A stretch of DNA of 64,000 nt from a virus (Duplodnaviria > Caudoviricetes), in the IMG/VR virus record IMGVR_UViG_2767802241_000002, positions 77,281 to 141,280 of that record; one strand, 5' to 3'. A model generated the notes under the pieces. That model was given only the letters and a program-made list of their open reading frames with translations. It searched no databases and had not been told where the DNA came from. Positions 38,604-48,815 of this stretch are shown here, piece after piece. The position numbers and the translations under genes were made by a program. How positions within the stretch are numbered: the first letter of the stretch is position 1; the number at the start of each line of letters is the position of its first letter.

Positions 38604-40102
38604 ATGAAAAAACATAAAAATCTGCTCGAAAGAATGGGCTGAGTTTAAAAGCTAGAGAGGTTGCAGCACTCGAAAAGCAAAATAAGATTAATCAGCAAAT
38701 GGTGAGTTTGATTAGTCAATTGAATAGTAATCAACCAACGTCAAATGCTGGTTATTCATTGCCTGAGATTCACCCCCCGTGGTACCTAAAGGTAAGACGG
38801 CGGCGATTGCGCAAGATAGTTGTGGTTTTGATGCTTATGCCAACAGGACCACAATTTTATAGCGGATTTTTAGGCTATCAACGCCTTGCACTAATGTCAC
38901 AGTCTAGTGACTATCGCGCCGTTCCTGAAACCACGGCGAACGAGATGACGCGTGCATGGGGCAAGGTTAAAATCAAAGGGGACGGCGATGATCAATTAGC
39001 TGATCGAATTGTATTGATTGAGAAAAGATTAAAGAAACTTAAAGTTCGTGAACTGATGCGAAAACATATCGAGTGTGAGATGACTTTTGGTCGCTCACAA
39101 TTGGCGATCAGTATCAAAGGGCATGAAAATAAAGCCGATGTACCATTAGTAATTTCTCCATCAGGTGTACCGAAGGGAAGTCTACAAAGTTTTAGCCATA
39201 TTGAACCAATTTGGTCAACACCGAGTGCTTACAATGCAAGTAACCTATAGCTGATGATTTCTTCAAGCCCAGTAAATGGTTTTGTACTTGGCAAGGAGAT
39301 TCATGATGATCGGTTATTGACGTTGATTACTCGACCAGTGCCGGACATGCTGAAGCCTGCTTATAACTTTAGCGGCGTATCAATGTTGCAGTTGATGCAG
39401 CCCTATGTTGAGCGCTGGCAGCGGACGGTCGATAGTGTGAGCGCTTTAATTAAGGCATTTTCAATCACTGGGTTAAAAACCAGCATGGATAACGTTCTAT
39501 CTGGTGGTGAGGGAAGCAGTGCGCAACTTGTCATGCGTGCACAACTATTCTCAATGCTGCGCGAAAACCTCAATACGATGTTAATTGATAAAGAAAGTGA
39601 AGAACTTTTTCAGATTAATACGCCGTTGACGACGTTAGATTCACTTATTCAAAAGTCACAGGAACAAATGGCAGGACCATCACATACGCCGCTGGTTAAA
39701 TTACTAGGGATTACCCCTAGCGGTCTAAATGCGAATAGTGACGGCGAGATACGCGTCTATAACGATTATATTTCATCGTTACAAGAGTCGTTTATGCGAC
39801 CGCAGCTTGAAGTGATCTTGAATCTTGTTCAGCTGGATTTATTTGGTGAAATTGATGAAAACATCTTCTTTGAGTTTGCATCACTACATCAACTGAATGA
39901 TGAACAACAAGCAACAGTGAATAAAACCAAAGCTGAGGCAGCACAAATTCTTATCAGTTCGGGTGTGATTGGTCAGGATGAGGTACGCGATACATTGTCG
40001 AAAGATGAATCGGGTGATTACAGCGGTATAGATAAAGATAAGTTGCCTGATCCTATGGATTTAGATTATGAAGGTAATCAAGAAACCGTTAACGCTGCCT
40101 GA
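38604..40102 (+). pseudogene. Portal protein (DUF1073-like), frameshifted
   Basis: 'F.GY..LA.MSQ', 'YNF.G.S', 'PLVKLLG.TP.GLNA.SDGE'. Confidence 0.8.
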
Positions 40103-40862
40103 GATAATACCTAATGCTGGAGTTGAGCGAGCTTATCAACGGGCAATTTTCGCCGTAATACGCGATATGCAGGAAGATGTAAGGATAACACTGCTTAAAG
40201 AGTTTAAGGATTCTGCACGGCGCGAGAAGATAGCCATGGATGGCATATCAGACTGGGCAGCTCATGTTATTGACTTGCTTGTTGACCGATGGACTAGAAA
40301 GCTCGATTTGCTTGGACCAAAGATAGCAGAGCTTTTCTTAAACAAAAGCTTAGTTAATTATGATGTCCAGTTTAAGCGGCATTTGCGCAGTGCTGGCTTT
40401 ACGGTTCGTATACAGTTATCACTAATGCAAGAAGAAGCACTAAAGGCTGTGCTTGCAGAGAATATCGGACTGATTAAATCGATTGGCACACAGTATTTAG
40501 CAAACGTGCAAACACATGTTTGGCAATGTGTAACCAGTGGCTATGATCTTGGTACTTTGTCTAAAAATCTGCAAAAAGATTTTGGCGTGTCAGAGCGCCG
40601 TGCCGCATTTATTGCACGAGATCAAGGTGCTAAAGCCCATGCCGTTATTGAACAGGCACGGCGTAAAGAATTGGGCATCACAGAAGCAATTTGGCTACAT
40701 AGCCATGCAGGCAAGAAACCTAGACCATCACACTTGGCGGCGCATGGTAAAGCATTTGATATATCGAAAGGTATGTATTTGGATGGTAAGTGGGTATTAC
40801 CGGGACAAGAAATAAATTGTCGTTGTGGCAGTAAAGCAATTATTGAGGGGATTGTTGGATGA
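40068..40862 (+). CDS. Head morphogenesis protein (MuF/SPP1 gp7-like)
   Basis: 'IARDQ', 'PRPSH', 'PG..INCRC'. Confidence 0.85.
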   Translation: MKVIKKPLTLPEIIPNAGVERAYQRAIFAVIRDMQEDVRITLLKEFKDSARREKIAMDGISDWAAHVIDLLVDRWTRKLDLLGPKIAELFLNKSLVNYDVQFKRHLRSAGFTVRIQLSLMQEEALKAVLAENIGLIKSIGTQYLANVQTHVWQCVTSGYDLGTLSKNLQKDFGVSERRAAFIARDQGAKAHAVIEQARRKELGITEAIWLHSHAGKKPRPSHLAAHGKAFDISKGMYLDGKWVLPGQEINCRCGSKAIIEGIVG

Positions 40863-41041
40863 TGCTGGATCATAGTTTTACGGGGAAAGAAAATTTAGAA
40901 AAACAAGATATCAGGCTTCAGCTTGTTATTGAGTTTAAACACTTGCTTATAGATCAGTATGGTGGTGATGCTTTGGCATATTTAGCTGACATTGATAAAA
41001 TAACCAAGTATATTGCTGATGGTAAATTGCAAAAAACCTAA
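40859..41041 (+). CDS. Hypothetical protein
   Basis: ATGA overlap with MuF. Confidence 0.5.
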   Translation: MMLDHSFTGKENLEKQDIRLQLVIEFKHLLIDQYGGDALAYLADIDKITKYIADGKLQKT

Positions 41042-41042
41042 A

Positions 41043-41231
41043 TTAATTAACCCTCTTATTCTCATCAAAAAATTGAATTGCTTGGATAAGCAATTCATTG
41101 TGACTTAAGTTGTGACGTTTTGCCACATCTTCAATGTATGCGATATCATCGAGTTTAAGTTTGAAGCCTTTAACTTTGACATTGCGTTTTAAGTCACTGG
41201 CGTGCTGAATTTCTGATCTTGATTTAGTCAT
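41043..41231 (-). CDS. Ribbon-helix-helix DNA-binding protein
   Basis: 'VKVKGFKL..DDI..I...A....LS..ELL..AI'. Confidence 0.7.
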   Translation of the reverse strand: MTKSRSEIQHASDLKRNVKVKGFKLKLDDIAYIEDVAKRHNLSHNELLIQAIQFFDENKRVN

Positions 41232-41301
41232 AGTTTTGTCCTATAGTTGATATTACTTGGAGGAGAGGCTAGATAGCTGGAACTATCTAACCCTTGTTGT
41301 C

Positions 41302-41367
41302 TTAGTTAGCTGATCTTGAGATCAAAACTAAGAGAACAATAACGATGATCTTGATAAGGTGTTTCAT
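41302..41367 (-). CDS. 21-aa hydrophobic Ibs-like peptide
   Basis: MKHLIKIIVIVLLVLISRSAN*, preceded by GGAGAG RBS. Confidence 0.6.
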   Translation of the reverse strand: MKHLIKIIVIVLLVLISRSAN

Positions 41368-41437
41368 CGTATCTCTCCAAGGCATTTGTAACATTAAGCT
41401 GTTACGGTCATCATTGCTTAATTGCGTTGATAGACTC

Positions 41438-41466
41438 ATTGTAGGTTAACCTACAATTTGAGTCAA
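41438..41466 (-). promoter_or_regulatory. Sigma70 promoter with palindromic operator
   Basis: TTGACT-N17-TACAAT overlapping the perfect palindrome TTGTAGGTTAACCTACAA. Confidence 0.75.
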
Positions 41467-41565
41467 TAGAATTCTTTGAAAAAGCTCACTTTTGTGGGCT
41501 TTTTTATTATCTAAATTTTACTTAACCACCTTCGGGTGGTTTTTTTATGCCTGAACGGTGAGTAA

Positions 41566-42681
41566 ATGAATATAAAAATCGCCATGGATAAATCGATGCG
41601 CCGTTACGATGGCAACGGTCATTTGATTGTAGAAAAGACCATCATTTCAAAAGCTGCGATTAATCCATACAAAGGTAAAGAAATCCCCAACTTTGAGCAG
41701 CTAGGGCTTGACCCTAAAAAAACTTATATGCTGCTTCGAGATCCAGCGGAATTACAAAATGCTTTAGATACATTCAAGGGTATTCAATTGCTGATTAAGC
41801 ACATCCCTGTTAATGCGGATGAGCCAAGTAAGACGCTAACAGTGGGTGCAATTGGCACCGATGTAGCCATGGAAGGTGATGATGTCGTTGCATCAATGCG
41901 GATATGGGATCAAGAAGCAATAGACTTGATTGAATCTAAAAAATTGCAAGAGTTGTCAGCGGGTTACGCATATGCCGCTGACATGACTTCTGGTGATTAC
42001 AACGGCGAACACTATGACGGTGTGATGCGAAGTATTCACGGAAATCACGTAGCGCTAGTCGAGTATGGTCGCATTGGTCGTGACGCGATTATTGCTGACC
42101 ACTTACCACCTGAACTAAGGGAAAAAAACATGAAGTTAAAAAAAGGCTCAACGCCGAAAATTCTAGCTTTGCTACAGCGCATTGCTCAAGACTCGGACAT
42201 TACCGAGGATACAGTCGAGGAAGTTGTGAAAACCGTCGGCGATAGCATCGAAGATGAACCGAAGGCTAAAGATAATGATCCAGCCGACCCTGATGCGAAT
42301 GATGAAGATAGCAAAAAAGCTCAAGACAAAGACGACGATAAAAAAGCGGCTAACTCTGATGAAAGTAAAAAGCCTGCGATGGATTCTGTGCAAATCGCAT
42401 TAGATGCTGAAAATCGCGCTGTAGCGCGTGTAACAGCATTATTCGAAGCGCGTAAACAAGTTGAACCATTAGTGGGTGTAGTGGCAATGGATAGTGCCGA
42501 AGCCGTGTATGAATTTGCATTAAAAAAACATGGCATTGATACGGCTGGTGTCCATCCAAGTGCGTACAAGTCTATGGCTGGTTTATTGTTAAAGCAAACA
42601 ACATCACCAACAGTCGCATTAGATTCAGCATTCACTGAGCTTGATGAGCGTACAAACAAACTGGTAAGCCGTTTCGGCTAA
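41566..42681 (+). CDS. DUF2213-like prohead protease/scaffold
   Basis: 'ELSAGY', 'NHVALV..GR.G' and an acidic linker. Confidence 0.85.
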   Translation: MNIKIAMDKSMRRYDGNGHLIVEKTIISKAAINPYKGKEIPNFEQLGLDPKKTYMLLRDPAELQNALDTFKGIQLLIKHIPVNADEPSKTLTVGAIGTDVAMEGDDVVASMRIWDQEAIDLIESKKLQELSAGYAYAADMTSGDYNGEHYDGVMRSIHGNHVALVEYGRIGRDAIIADHLPPELREKNMKLKKGSTPKILALLQRIAQDSDITEDTVEEVVKTVGDSIEDEPKAKDNDPADPDANDEDSKKAQDKDDDKKAANSDESKKPAMDSVQIALDAENRAVARVTALFEARKQVEPLVGVVAMDSAEAVYEFALKKHGIDTAGVHPSAYKSMAGLLLKQTTSPTVALDSAFTELDERTNKLVSRFG

Positions 42682-42691
42682 AGGGGAATAT

Positions 42692-43165
42692 ATGTCATTT
42701 CAACAAACATTAAATCGCGATTTACCTCTCGGTGTTGAAGGCGATTTCGCATCAACCAATCCTTATCATTCTGTATTAGCTGGAGAGGGAGCCTTAACTG
42801 CAGGTGAGGCAAGTGTAACAGTAGGGCGTTTTGCTTGGGCAGATCCAGAAACAGGGATGGTGAGCAATAAAAAAATTGAAGGAGGCGTAATTGGTTTTGT
42901 ACGCCGTGAGCAGACAGCAATCATTGTCGAATATCTTGCTGAATCATCACTAAAAGTGCCGAAAGGTTTTGGTGTAACTTTGTACGACGGTGGTGATTTT
43001 TGGGCACGTTTTGAAGAAGGTGCAACCATTGGTCAAAGCGTATTTGCAAGCGATACAGATGGTACCGTGCAAGCTGCAGACTCTGCGCCTGCTGGGCACA
43101 CAGATACGGGCTTTAAAGTAGCATCAAATGCTGCTGTGGGCAATCTGGCTAAAATCACAAAATAA
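42692..43165 (+). CDS. Capsid decoration/cement protein
   Basis: 'GDFAS.NP', 'VGRFAW', 'GDFW'; lies between scaffold and capsid. Confidence 0.7.
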   Translation: MSFQQTLNRDLPLGVEGDFASTNPYHSVLAGEGALTAGEASVTVGRFAWADPETGMVSNKKIEGGVIGFVRREQTAIIVEYLAESSLKVPKGFGVTLYDGGDFWARFEEGATIGQSVFASDTDGTVQAADSAPAGHTDTGFKVASNAAVGNLAKITK

Positions 43166-43176
43166 GGGAAGTAAAA

Positions 43177-44178
43177 ATGCCACAACCTTTAAATATTCAA
43201 GCGTTACAGCGAAGCGCTGGTATCGTCTTTTCAACAGGACATCAAGTACAAGAGCTTGATGCTCGCGTACGCCATAGTATGGCTATGGACAGCGGTTTAA
43301 TTACAACACCGAATGCCGGTATTCCTGCATTATTTACGCAGTGGGTAGATCCGCATGTTATTGAAGTACTTGTTGAGCCAATGAAAATGGCTGAAGCATT
43401 TACGGAAGTAAAAAAAGGTGATTGGACTACAAGTTCGGCAATGTTCCCGATGGTTGAGTCAGTTGGTGAAACCTCAGGTTACGGCGATTTCAATGAAAAC
43501 GGTATGAGTGATGCGAACACCTCGTTTCCATCTCGTCAGCCATACCACTACCAGACCATTATCCGCGTTGGTGAACGTGAAATGGAAATTATGGGTGCGG
43601 CTAAAATTGACTGGGCAAGTCGTAAACAGATTTCCGCCGTACTAACTTTGAATAAGTTTCAAAATAAATCGTATATCTATGGCGTTAAAGGTCTAGAGAA
43701 CTACGGCATGATCAATGATCCTAATTTATTGCCATCTATTACCGACACTGATTGGACTACCAAGGATGGTGGTGAAATTTACGAATCAATTCAAAAACTG
43801 TTTAAGCAATTGGTTAAGCAAACTGGTGGTCTAATTGATCGTAGTGAAAAGATGACCTTAATTCTTTCACCTGATATGGATACTGAATTCACTAAAACCA
43901 ATCAGTACAACGTGAACGTCACTGACCAGCTCAAAAAGAACTTTCCAAACCTTAGTATTGTCACCGTACCTGAATACTCAACAGGTGCAGGGGAGTTGCT
44001 ACAACTGATCGTTGATGAATATCAAGGTCAAAAAACGGCGGAACTTGCATTTACTGAAAAAATGCGTGTGCATCCGCTTATTCAAGGCAAATCTGGTTGG
44101 GAGCAAAAACGTTCGCAAGGTACTTTTGGTGCAATTATTTACCGTCCATTGTTTATTGCATCTGCCTTAGTTGGTTAG
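43177..44178 (+). CDS. Major capsid protein (DUF2184-like)
   Basis: 333 aa; 'KGDWT', 'YG..NDPNL', 'G.IIYRP'. Confidence 0.85.
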   Translation: MPQPLNIQALQRSAGIVFSTGHQVQELDARVRHSMAMDSGLITTPNAGIPALFTQWVDPHVIEVLVEPMKMAEAFTEVKKGDWTTSSAMFPMVESVGETSGYGDFNENGMSDANTSFPSRQPYHYQTIIRVGEREMEIMGAAKIDWASRKQISAVLTLNKFQNKSYIYGVKGLENYGMINDPNLLPSITDTDWTTKDGGEIYESIQKLFKQLVKQTGGLIDRSEKMTLILSPDMDTEFTKTNQYNVNVTDQLKKNFPNLSIVTVPEYSTGAGELLQLIVDEYQGQKTAELAFTEKMRVHPLIQGKSGWEQKRSQGTFGAIIYRPLFIASALVG

Positions 44179-44238
44179 GTTGATCTATAAGTAAAATGCC
44201 GCCGTTATGGCGGCTTAATCATTTTTGGAGATTATAAA

Positions 44239-44589
44239 ATGGCGTCACAACCACGCACACGCACGAAAGCAGTAGAAACAGTAACAGTGGGATGTAAATT
44301 AGCTAACGGTTTCATTATGCAGGTCGACAATACCACTCTAACCATTAACGGCTTTAATAAAAGCACGGTTATTGGTAGTCATGGCATTACAGAGAAAGTG
44401 CCAAAAGATTTTTGGGAAGCTTGGCTTGCTGAAAATAAAGATCGGAAACTTTGCACTGGTGGTTTTGTCTTTGCGCATGAATCAGCGAAATCAACTGCAG
44501 CTGAAGCGAAAGAAAAGTCTGATAATAACTCAGGCACTGAACCTTTGGACCCCAAAGATAAATCTACAGGTGTGGAAGAGGTGGATTAG
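44239..44589 (+). CDS. Phage structural hypothetical protein
   Basis: 'V.CKL.NG', 'V.KDFW.AW'. Confidence 0.7.
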   Translation: MASQPRTRTKAVETVTVGCKLANGFIMQVDNTTLTINGFNKSTVIGSHGITEKVPKDFWEAWLAENKDRKLCTGGFVFAHESAKSTAAEAKEKSDNNSGTEPLDPKDKSTGVEEVD

Positions 44590-44590
44590 C

Positions 44591-44998
44591 ATGGACGGCG
44601 TAGTTGTTTTTGATAAAGACAAATTTAGGCAGCTTTATCCAAAATTGGATTTTAATGACGCGCAGCTCGATATGTTTTTCTTGGAAGCAACTATGCTTTT
44701 GAATAACACACCATGCAGTTGTGTCAAAAGCTTAGTCGAGCGTGAATTATTGCTTTTCTTACTGGTTGCACATCTCGCCACACTACAAGCCCGACTAGAT
44801 TCTGGTAATGAGGCAGTTGGTCGTGTGGGGAGTGCGTCGGAAGGTAGTGTGTCGGTATCAATGGACTATGGTCAAACTACGCCTGGTGAAAAATGGTATG
44901 TGCAAACGCCGTATGGTGCAAAGTACTGGCAGCTGACGGCACGCTATCGTTCTGCTTTGTATGTTGTGACAAATTATCCAATGCCAGTGAGGCGTTAA
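44591..44998 (+). CDS. DUF4054-like head-tail adaptor
   Basis: 'LLVAH', 'SEGSVSVS', 'QTPYG..YW'. Confidence 0.8.
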   Translation: MDGVVVFDKDKFRQLYPKLDFNDAQLDMFFLEATMLLNNTPCSCVKSLVERELLLFLLVAHLATLQARLDSGNEAVGRVGSASEGSVSVSMDYGQTTPGEKWYVQTPYGAKYWQLTARYRSALYVVTNYPMPVRR

Positions 44999-45424
44999 AT
45001 GGTTAAGAAAACAGGTAATTTGGCGGCTGCTTTAGCCAAGTACGCCAAACCTAGTGTGTCGATGCGTGTTGGCGTGCTGGAGGAAGCAACTTATCCTGAT
45101 GGCTTGCCAGTTGCTCAGGTGGCTTTTTGGAATGAGTACGGCACAAAGCGAGCGCCACCACGACCATTCTTTCGGACATTAGTACATGCACAAAAAGACA
45201 ACTGGATTAAAAGTATTGGTAATCTGGTTCAGCAAACTGGTGATCCACGGCGCTCTATGTTATTGGTTGGCGAGCAGATCAAAGGTCAATTGGTTGAATC
45301 TGTACTGAGTTGGAGTGATCCACCTAATGCGCCATACACTATTGCTAAAAAAGGATTTGATGCACCGCTGCGCGATAGCGGGCAGTTATCAAGATCATTC
45401 AGTGTTGAGGTGAATGATGATTAA
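44999..45424 (+). CDS. Neck protein
   Basis: 'NEYGT...PPRPF', 'PPNAP.T...KG...PL.D.G'. Confidence 0.75.
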   Translation: MVKKTGNLAAALAKYAKPSVSMRVGVLEEATYPDGLPVAQVAFWNEYGTKRAPPRPFFRTLVHAQKDNWIKSIGNLVQQTGDPRRSMLLVGEQIKGQLVESVLSWSDPPNAPYTIAKKGFDAPLRDSGQLSRSFSVEVNDD

Positions 45425-45797
45425 TTTACGCGGTATAGCCAATAGTATTATCACTGCAGTAAATCCGAATATTTCAGCCGTGCTCAAAGTAAATGACGGG
45501 TACGATGTCAATGATTGTGGTGATCAAGTGCCCAAGTATTCAGAGCATAAAATCATTATTCAAACGCAAAGTCTCGAGACAAAAGATCTAGAGCATCTCA
45601 ACTTAGTTAATCAGCAAGGTCAGTTTATTTACGCTTATGCAAATGGGTGTATCTCTGCACTACGCCGTGCGCTCGGTAAAGGCTCAGAGCAATTGATATT
45701 TAAACCGTATGGCGAGGATGATGATGTGGTTTGGAATGTAACCAAGGTGATTGAGTCTTATCCAACATGGGTCAAGGTACTTTTATGGCGACAATGA
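45414..45797 (+). CDS. Head-tail joining protein
   Basis: Gene order and overlaps. Confidence 0.65.
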   Translation: MMINLRGIANSIITAVNPNISAVLKVNDGYDVNDCGDQVPKYSEHKIIIQTQSLETKDLEHLNLVNQQGQFIYAYANGCISALRRALGKGSEQLIFKPYGEDDDVVWNVTKVIESYPTWVKVLLWRQ

Positions 45798-46276
45798 ATA
45801 ACATTGACTATCACAATGCAATCTACAAAGAAGTCCGGTCATATTTGATCGGGCTTTTTTCATGTGAAGTTATTAAAGGCTATCAGAATGATTCGCCGTT
45901 GCCGCAGAACGGCGTTGTTATGACGATTATCAGTGAACGTGATACAGATCAAGCAGCTAGTTATTACCAAGAAGAAGAGGGTACTGCTTACGTGCAGAAC
46001 TCTGTTGAAGTCATGCTGCAGCTTGATTTTTACGGGGATTGGGCTGCAAGCCGAGCCAGACAAATTGCCAATTTTTGGCGGAGCGAATACACAACTTCAG
46101 CACTGAACACTTGCCAACCACTGTATAGCAAACAACCTGTGCGATTGCCATTTGTGAATGAACAAAACCAAAATGAACAGCGTTGGCTGTTAGAAGTTTA
46201 TCTGCAATACAACCCTGAATTTAAACAGGATCAAGCTTTTCTTGATCTACCAATAATTAGTACAGAGAGGGCTTAA
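45785..46276 (+). CDS. Tail terminator-like protein
   Basis: 'QLDFYG', 'LQYNP'; precedes the sheath gene. Confidence 0.65.
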   Translation: MATMNNIDYHNAIYKEVRSYLIGLFSCEVIKGYQNDSPLPQNGVVMTIISERDTDQAASYYQEEEGTAYVQNSVEVMLQLDFYGDWAASRARQIANFWRSEYTTSALNTCQPLYSKQPVRLPFVNEQNQNEQRWLLEVYLQYNPEFKQDQAFLDLPIISTERA

Positions 46277-46277
46277 G

Positions 46278-47744
46278 ATGCTTCCATCAATTCCTGCAAG
46301 TAATATCGTCAACATTAATCCCGCCGTTGTCGGCACAGGGGGAACACCATTAGCACTCAATGCGGTGGTATTAAGCGATAGCAGTATTTACCCCATTCGT
46401 GAATACAATAATGCCGATGCTGTTGCAGATGCGTTTGGTATTAATAGTCACGAACATCGTTTCGCTCAGATTTATTTCAATGGTATTGAAAATGCCACAC
46501 TGGTTCCAGAGTCATTATTTATTGCTAAATATAATACTGGTGATGTTGCTGCAAAATTAATTGGCGCAAGCTTGCGAACGCGAGAGCTTGCGGATATCCA
46601 AAAAATTAAAGGTCAGCTCAATATTTCAGTTGATGGTGTTGTTATGGCTGCCGCGATTGATCTATCTAGAGCAACAAGCTTTAGCAATGCAGCAGAGGTG
46701 ATTACGACGCTAGTAGGCGTGCTTTGTTATTTTGATACGCAAATTCAAGCCTTTATTATCAAGTCGACCAGTACAGGGGGAAGCTCTGCATTATCCTTCG
46801 CAACTGGTGATGTGGCTGACAGTCTAGGATTATCGAAACAATCTGGTGCTATTGTTGATAATGCATCAACAACGGACACGGTTGAGTCTACTGTAAAACG
46901 AATTACAGGCTATACCCTAAATTTTGCTTCCATTACTTATATTGGTCACTATTTTAATATTGATCTATGTAAGCAGATTGCTAAATGGAATAGCCAGCAA
47001 AATAGTCGTTATTGGTTTGTTTATTACAATGAAGAACCTACGGCGCTTATGCCAAATAATGACACTTGTTTTGGTGCATGGCTCAAAGAATATGAAATCG
47101 ATGGTACTACGCCAATTTATGGTGGTTTAGAGCAAGCTGCCCTAGCTTGCAGTTATGCTGCTTCGATCAATTTTAATGAAATCAACGGTCGTGCGACCAT
47201 GGATTTTAAAGGTCAATCAGGCATGGCTGCCACAATTACCGATCAAGATGATGCTAAAGCACTAGAAAGCAATGGATATGCTTATTATGGCGCATGGGCT
47301 ACAGCCAATGATCGTTTTGTCTTTTTCCGTCATACCGTAGTGTCAGGCAAGTTTAAATGGGTGGATGCTTATTTAAATCAAGTTTACTTCAACTCACAGC
47401 TACAACTGGCTTATGTGACGATGCTAAAAAACTATAAGTCAGTCCCTTATAACGCTGAAGGCAAAGCCATTCACCGCGCAGCCGCCAAGGATCCAATCGA
47501 TCAGATGTTTAATTTTGGTGGGATTCAGGCAGGTGTCACCTTATCGAGTCAACAAAAAGCACTGATCAATCGTGAAGCGGGATTTGATGCAGCAAGTCAA
47601 CTCTATTCAAACGGCGTAGCAATGTCAGTTGGCGATGCGACACCACAAATTCGCGGAAAACGTGCATCGCTACCGCTTAAGCTTTGGTACACCGACGGCG
47701 GTAGTGTTCACACGGTTAACCTTGCTTCAATTAACGTGCAATAA
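46278..47744 (+). CDS. Tail sheath protein (DUF3383-like)
   Basis: 'SIPAS.IV.I.P.V', 'W.D.Y.NQ', 'WYTDGGSV'. Confidence 0.85.
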   Translation: MLPSIPASNIVNINPAVVGTGGTPLALNAVVLSDSSIYPIREYNNADAVADAFGINSHEHRFAQIYFNGIENATLVPESLFIAKYNTGDVAAKLIGASLRTRELADIQKIKGQLNISVDGVVMAAAIDLSRATSFSNAAEVITTLVGVLCYFDTQIQAFIIKSTSTGGSSALSFATGDVADSLGLSKQSGAIVDNASTTDTVESTVKRITGYTLNFASITYIGHYFNIDLCKQIAKWNSQQNSRYWFVYYNEEPTALMPNNDTCFGAWLKEYEIDGTTPIYGGLEQAALACSYAASINFNEINGRATMDFKGQSGMAATITDQDDAKALESNGYAYYGAWATANDRFVFFRHTVVSGKFKWVDAYLNQVYFNSQLQLAYVTMLKNYKSVPYNAEGKAIHRAAAKDPIDQMFNFGGIQAGVTLSSQQKALINREAGFDAASQLYSNGVAMSVGDATPQIRGKRASLPLKLWYTDGGSVHTVNLASINVQ

Positions 47745-47755
47745 GGAGAAGAATC

Positions 47756-48202
47756 ATGGGAATGGGCCATAATCCAAAAACATTAACATCCGCTAATGCT
47801 GTGGTGATGATTCGCTGCAAAGGTGTTTATGACAGCTTTACTCGATTACAGGGATTTCAGGCAGACAATGCTTGGGCATTTGGTGAGGCGACTATCGGTG
47901 AAACACGCATGGGTGTGGATGGACAGCAATCTGGTGGTTATACACCACATGAAACGCCGTGGACTTTGTACTTAGAGGCAAATAGTCCATCTGTTGCTGT
48001 GATGGAAAATATCCGCAAGGATTTTAACCAAAATATGGAAACACGTTTGATTGATATCGTAGTTGAGATTCCATCTATTGGCAGTCGTCATGAAGCATCT
48101 GGTTTCTGGGTGAATCTCACTGGTGGTCCATCAGGGCAGAAAATTTTAGCGGGCAGTCAATATAACTTCCGCCTGGTAGATAACGGCGGAGAACAGATGT
48201 AA
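47756..48202 (+). CDS. Tail tube protein
   Basis: 'TSANA', 'MGVDG..S.G', 'L.A.SPS'. Confidence 0.8.
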   Translation: MGMGHNPKTLTSANAVVMIRCKGVYDSFTRLQGFQADNAWAFGEATIGETRMGVDGQQSGGYTPHETPWTLYLEANSPSVAVMENIRKDFNQNMETRLIDIVVEIPSIGSRHEASGFWVNLTGGPSGQKILAGSQYNFRLVDNGGEQM

Positions 48203-48815
48203 TGGCACGTAAAGAAAAAGTTGTAAAAATTGAAAAAGGTCGTGATGTAGGTAAATCATTTCTAATCACTGAAATGCCAATTATGAAGGCAGATCAATGG
48301 GCAATGCGCGCATTATTCGCCTTAGCCAAAGGCGGTACTGATATCGATGGCATTGATCCAAGCGGTGGAATGCTTGAGATGGCGAAAGTCGCTACGTCTG
48401 CAATCAAGGGACTAAATAGTGATGAAGGCATTGAGCTGCTCAATGAATTACTTGAATGCATCAAGATTGTGCCGAGTGGTGGTGTATCCCGCGATGTGCT
48501 CTGGGATGATGATGTTGAAGATATTTCAACGTTATTTGTGCTGCGAAAAGAAGCCTTAATGTTGCATATCGATTTTTTAACTTCAGGCAGTTCCCAAGAT
48601 TCGAGCAACTAAAAGCTGGACTGCCAATCCGTGACGATGTCCTTGCTAAAACCATCAATGTAAGCACCACAGCCAGTCAAGCTTTACAGACTGGCATGGT
48701 GACTTATGTTGAATTAGATAGCGTGTTAGGGCTTGAGGATGTACTCAATGTAATTGAAGTGCATCAAGTTGCTGAATTTAACAAACAAATTATTAGAGGT
48801 GCTGCTCATGAGTAA
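48202..48815 (+). CDS. Tail assembly chaperone (48202..48612) with -1 frameshift extension to 48815
   Basis: T TTT TTA at 48573-79; the -1 frame is open for ~80 codons (...ELDSVLGLEDVLNVIEV...) and overlaps the TMP start. Confidence 0.75.

Noticed and set aside
37318-40102. Programmed recoding or split terminase/portal as a novel system
   Set aside because: Irregular indels in many neighbouring genes fit sequencing error or decay better.
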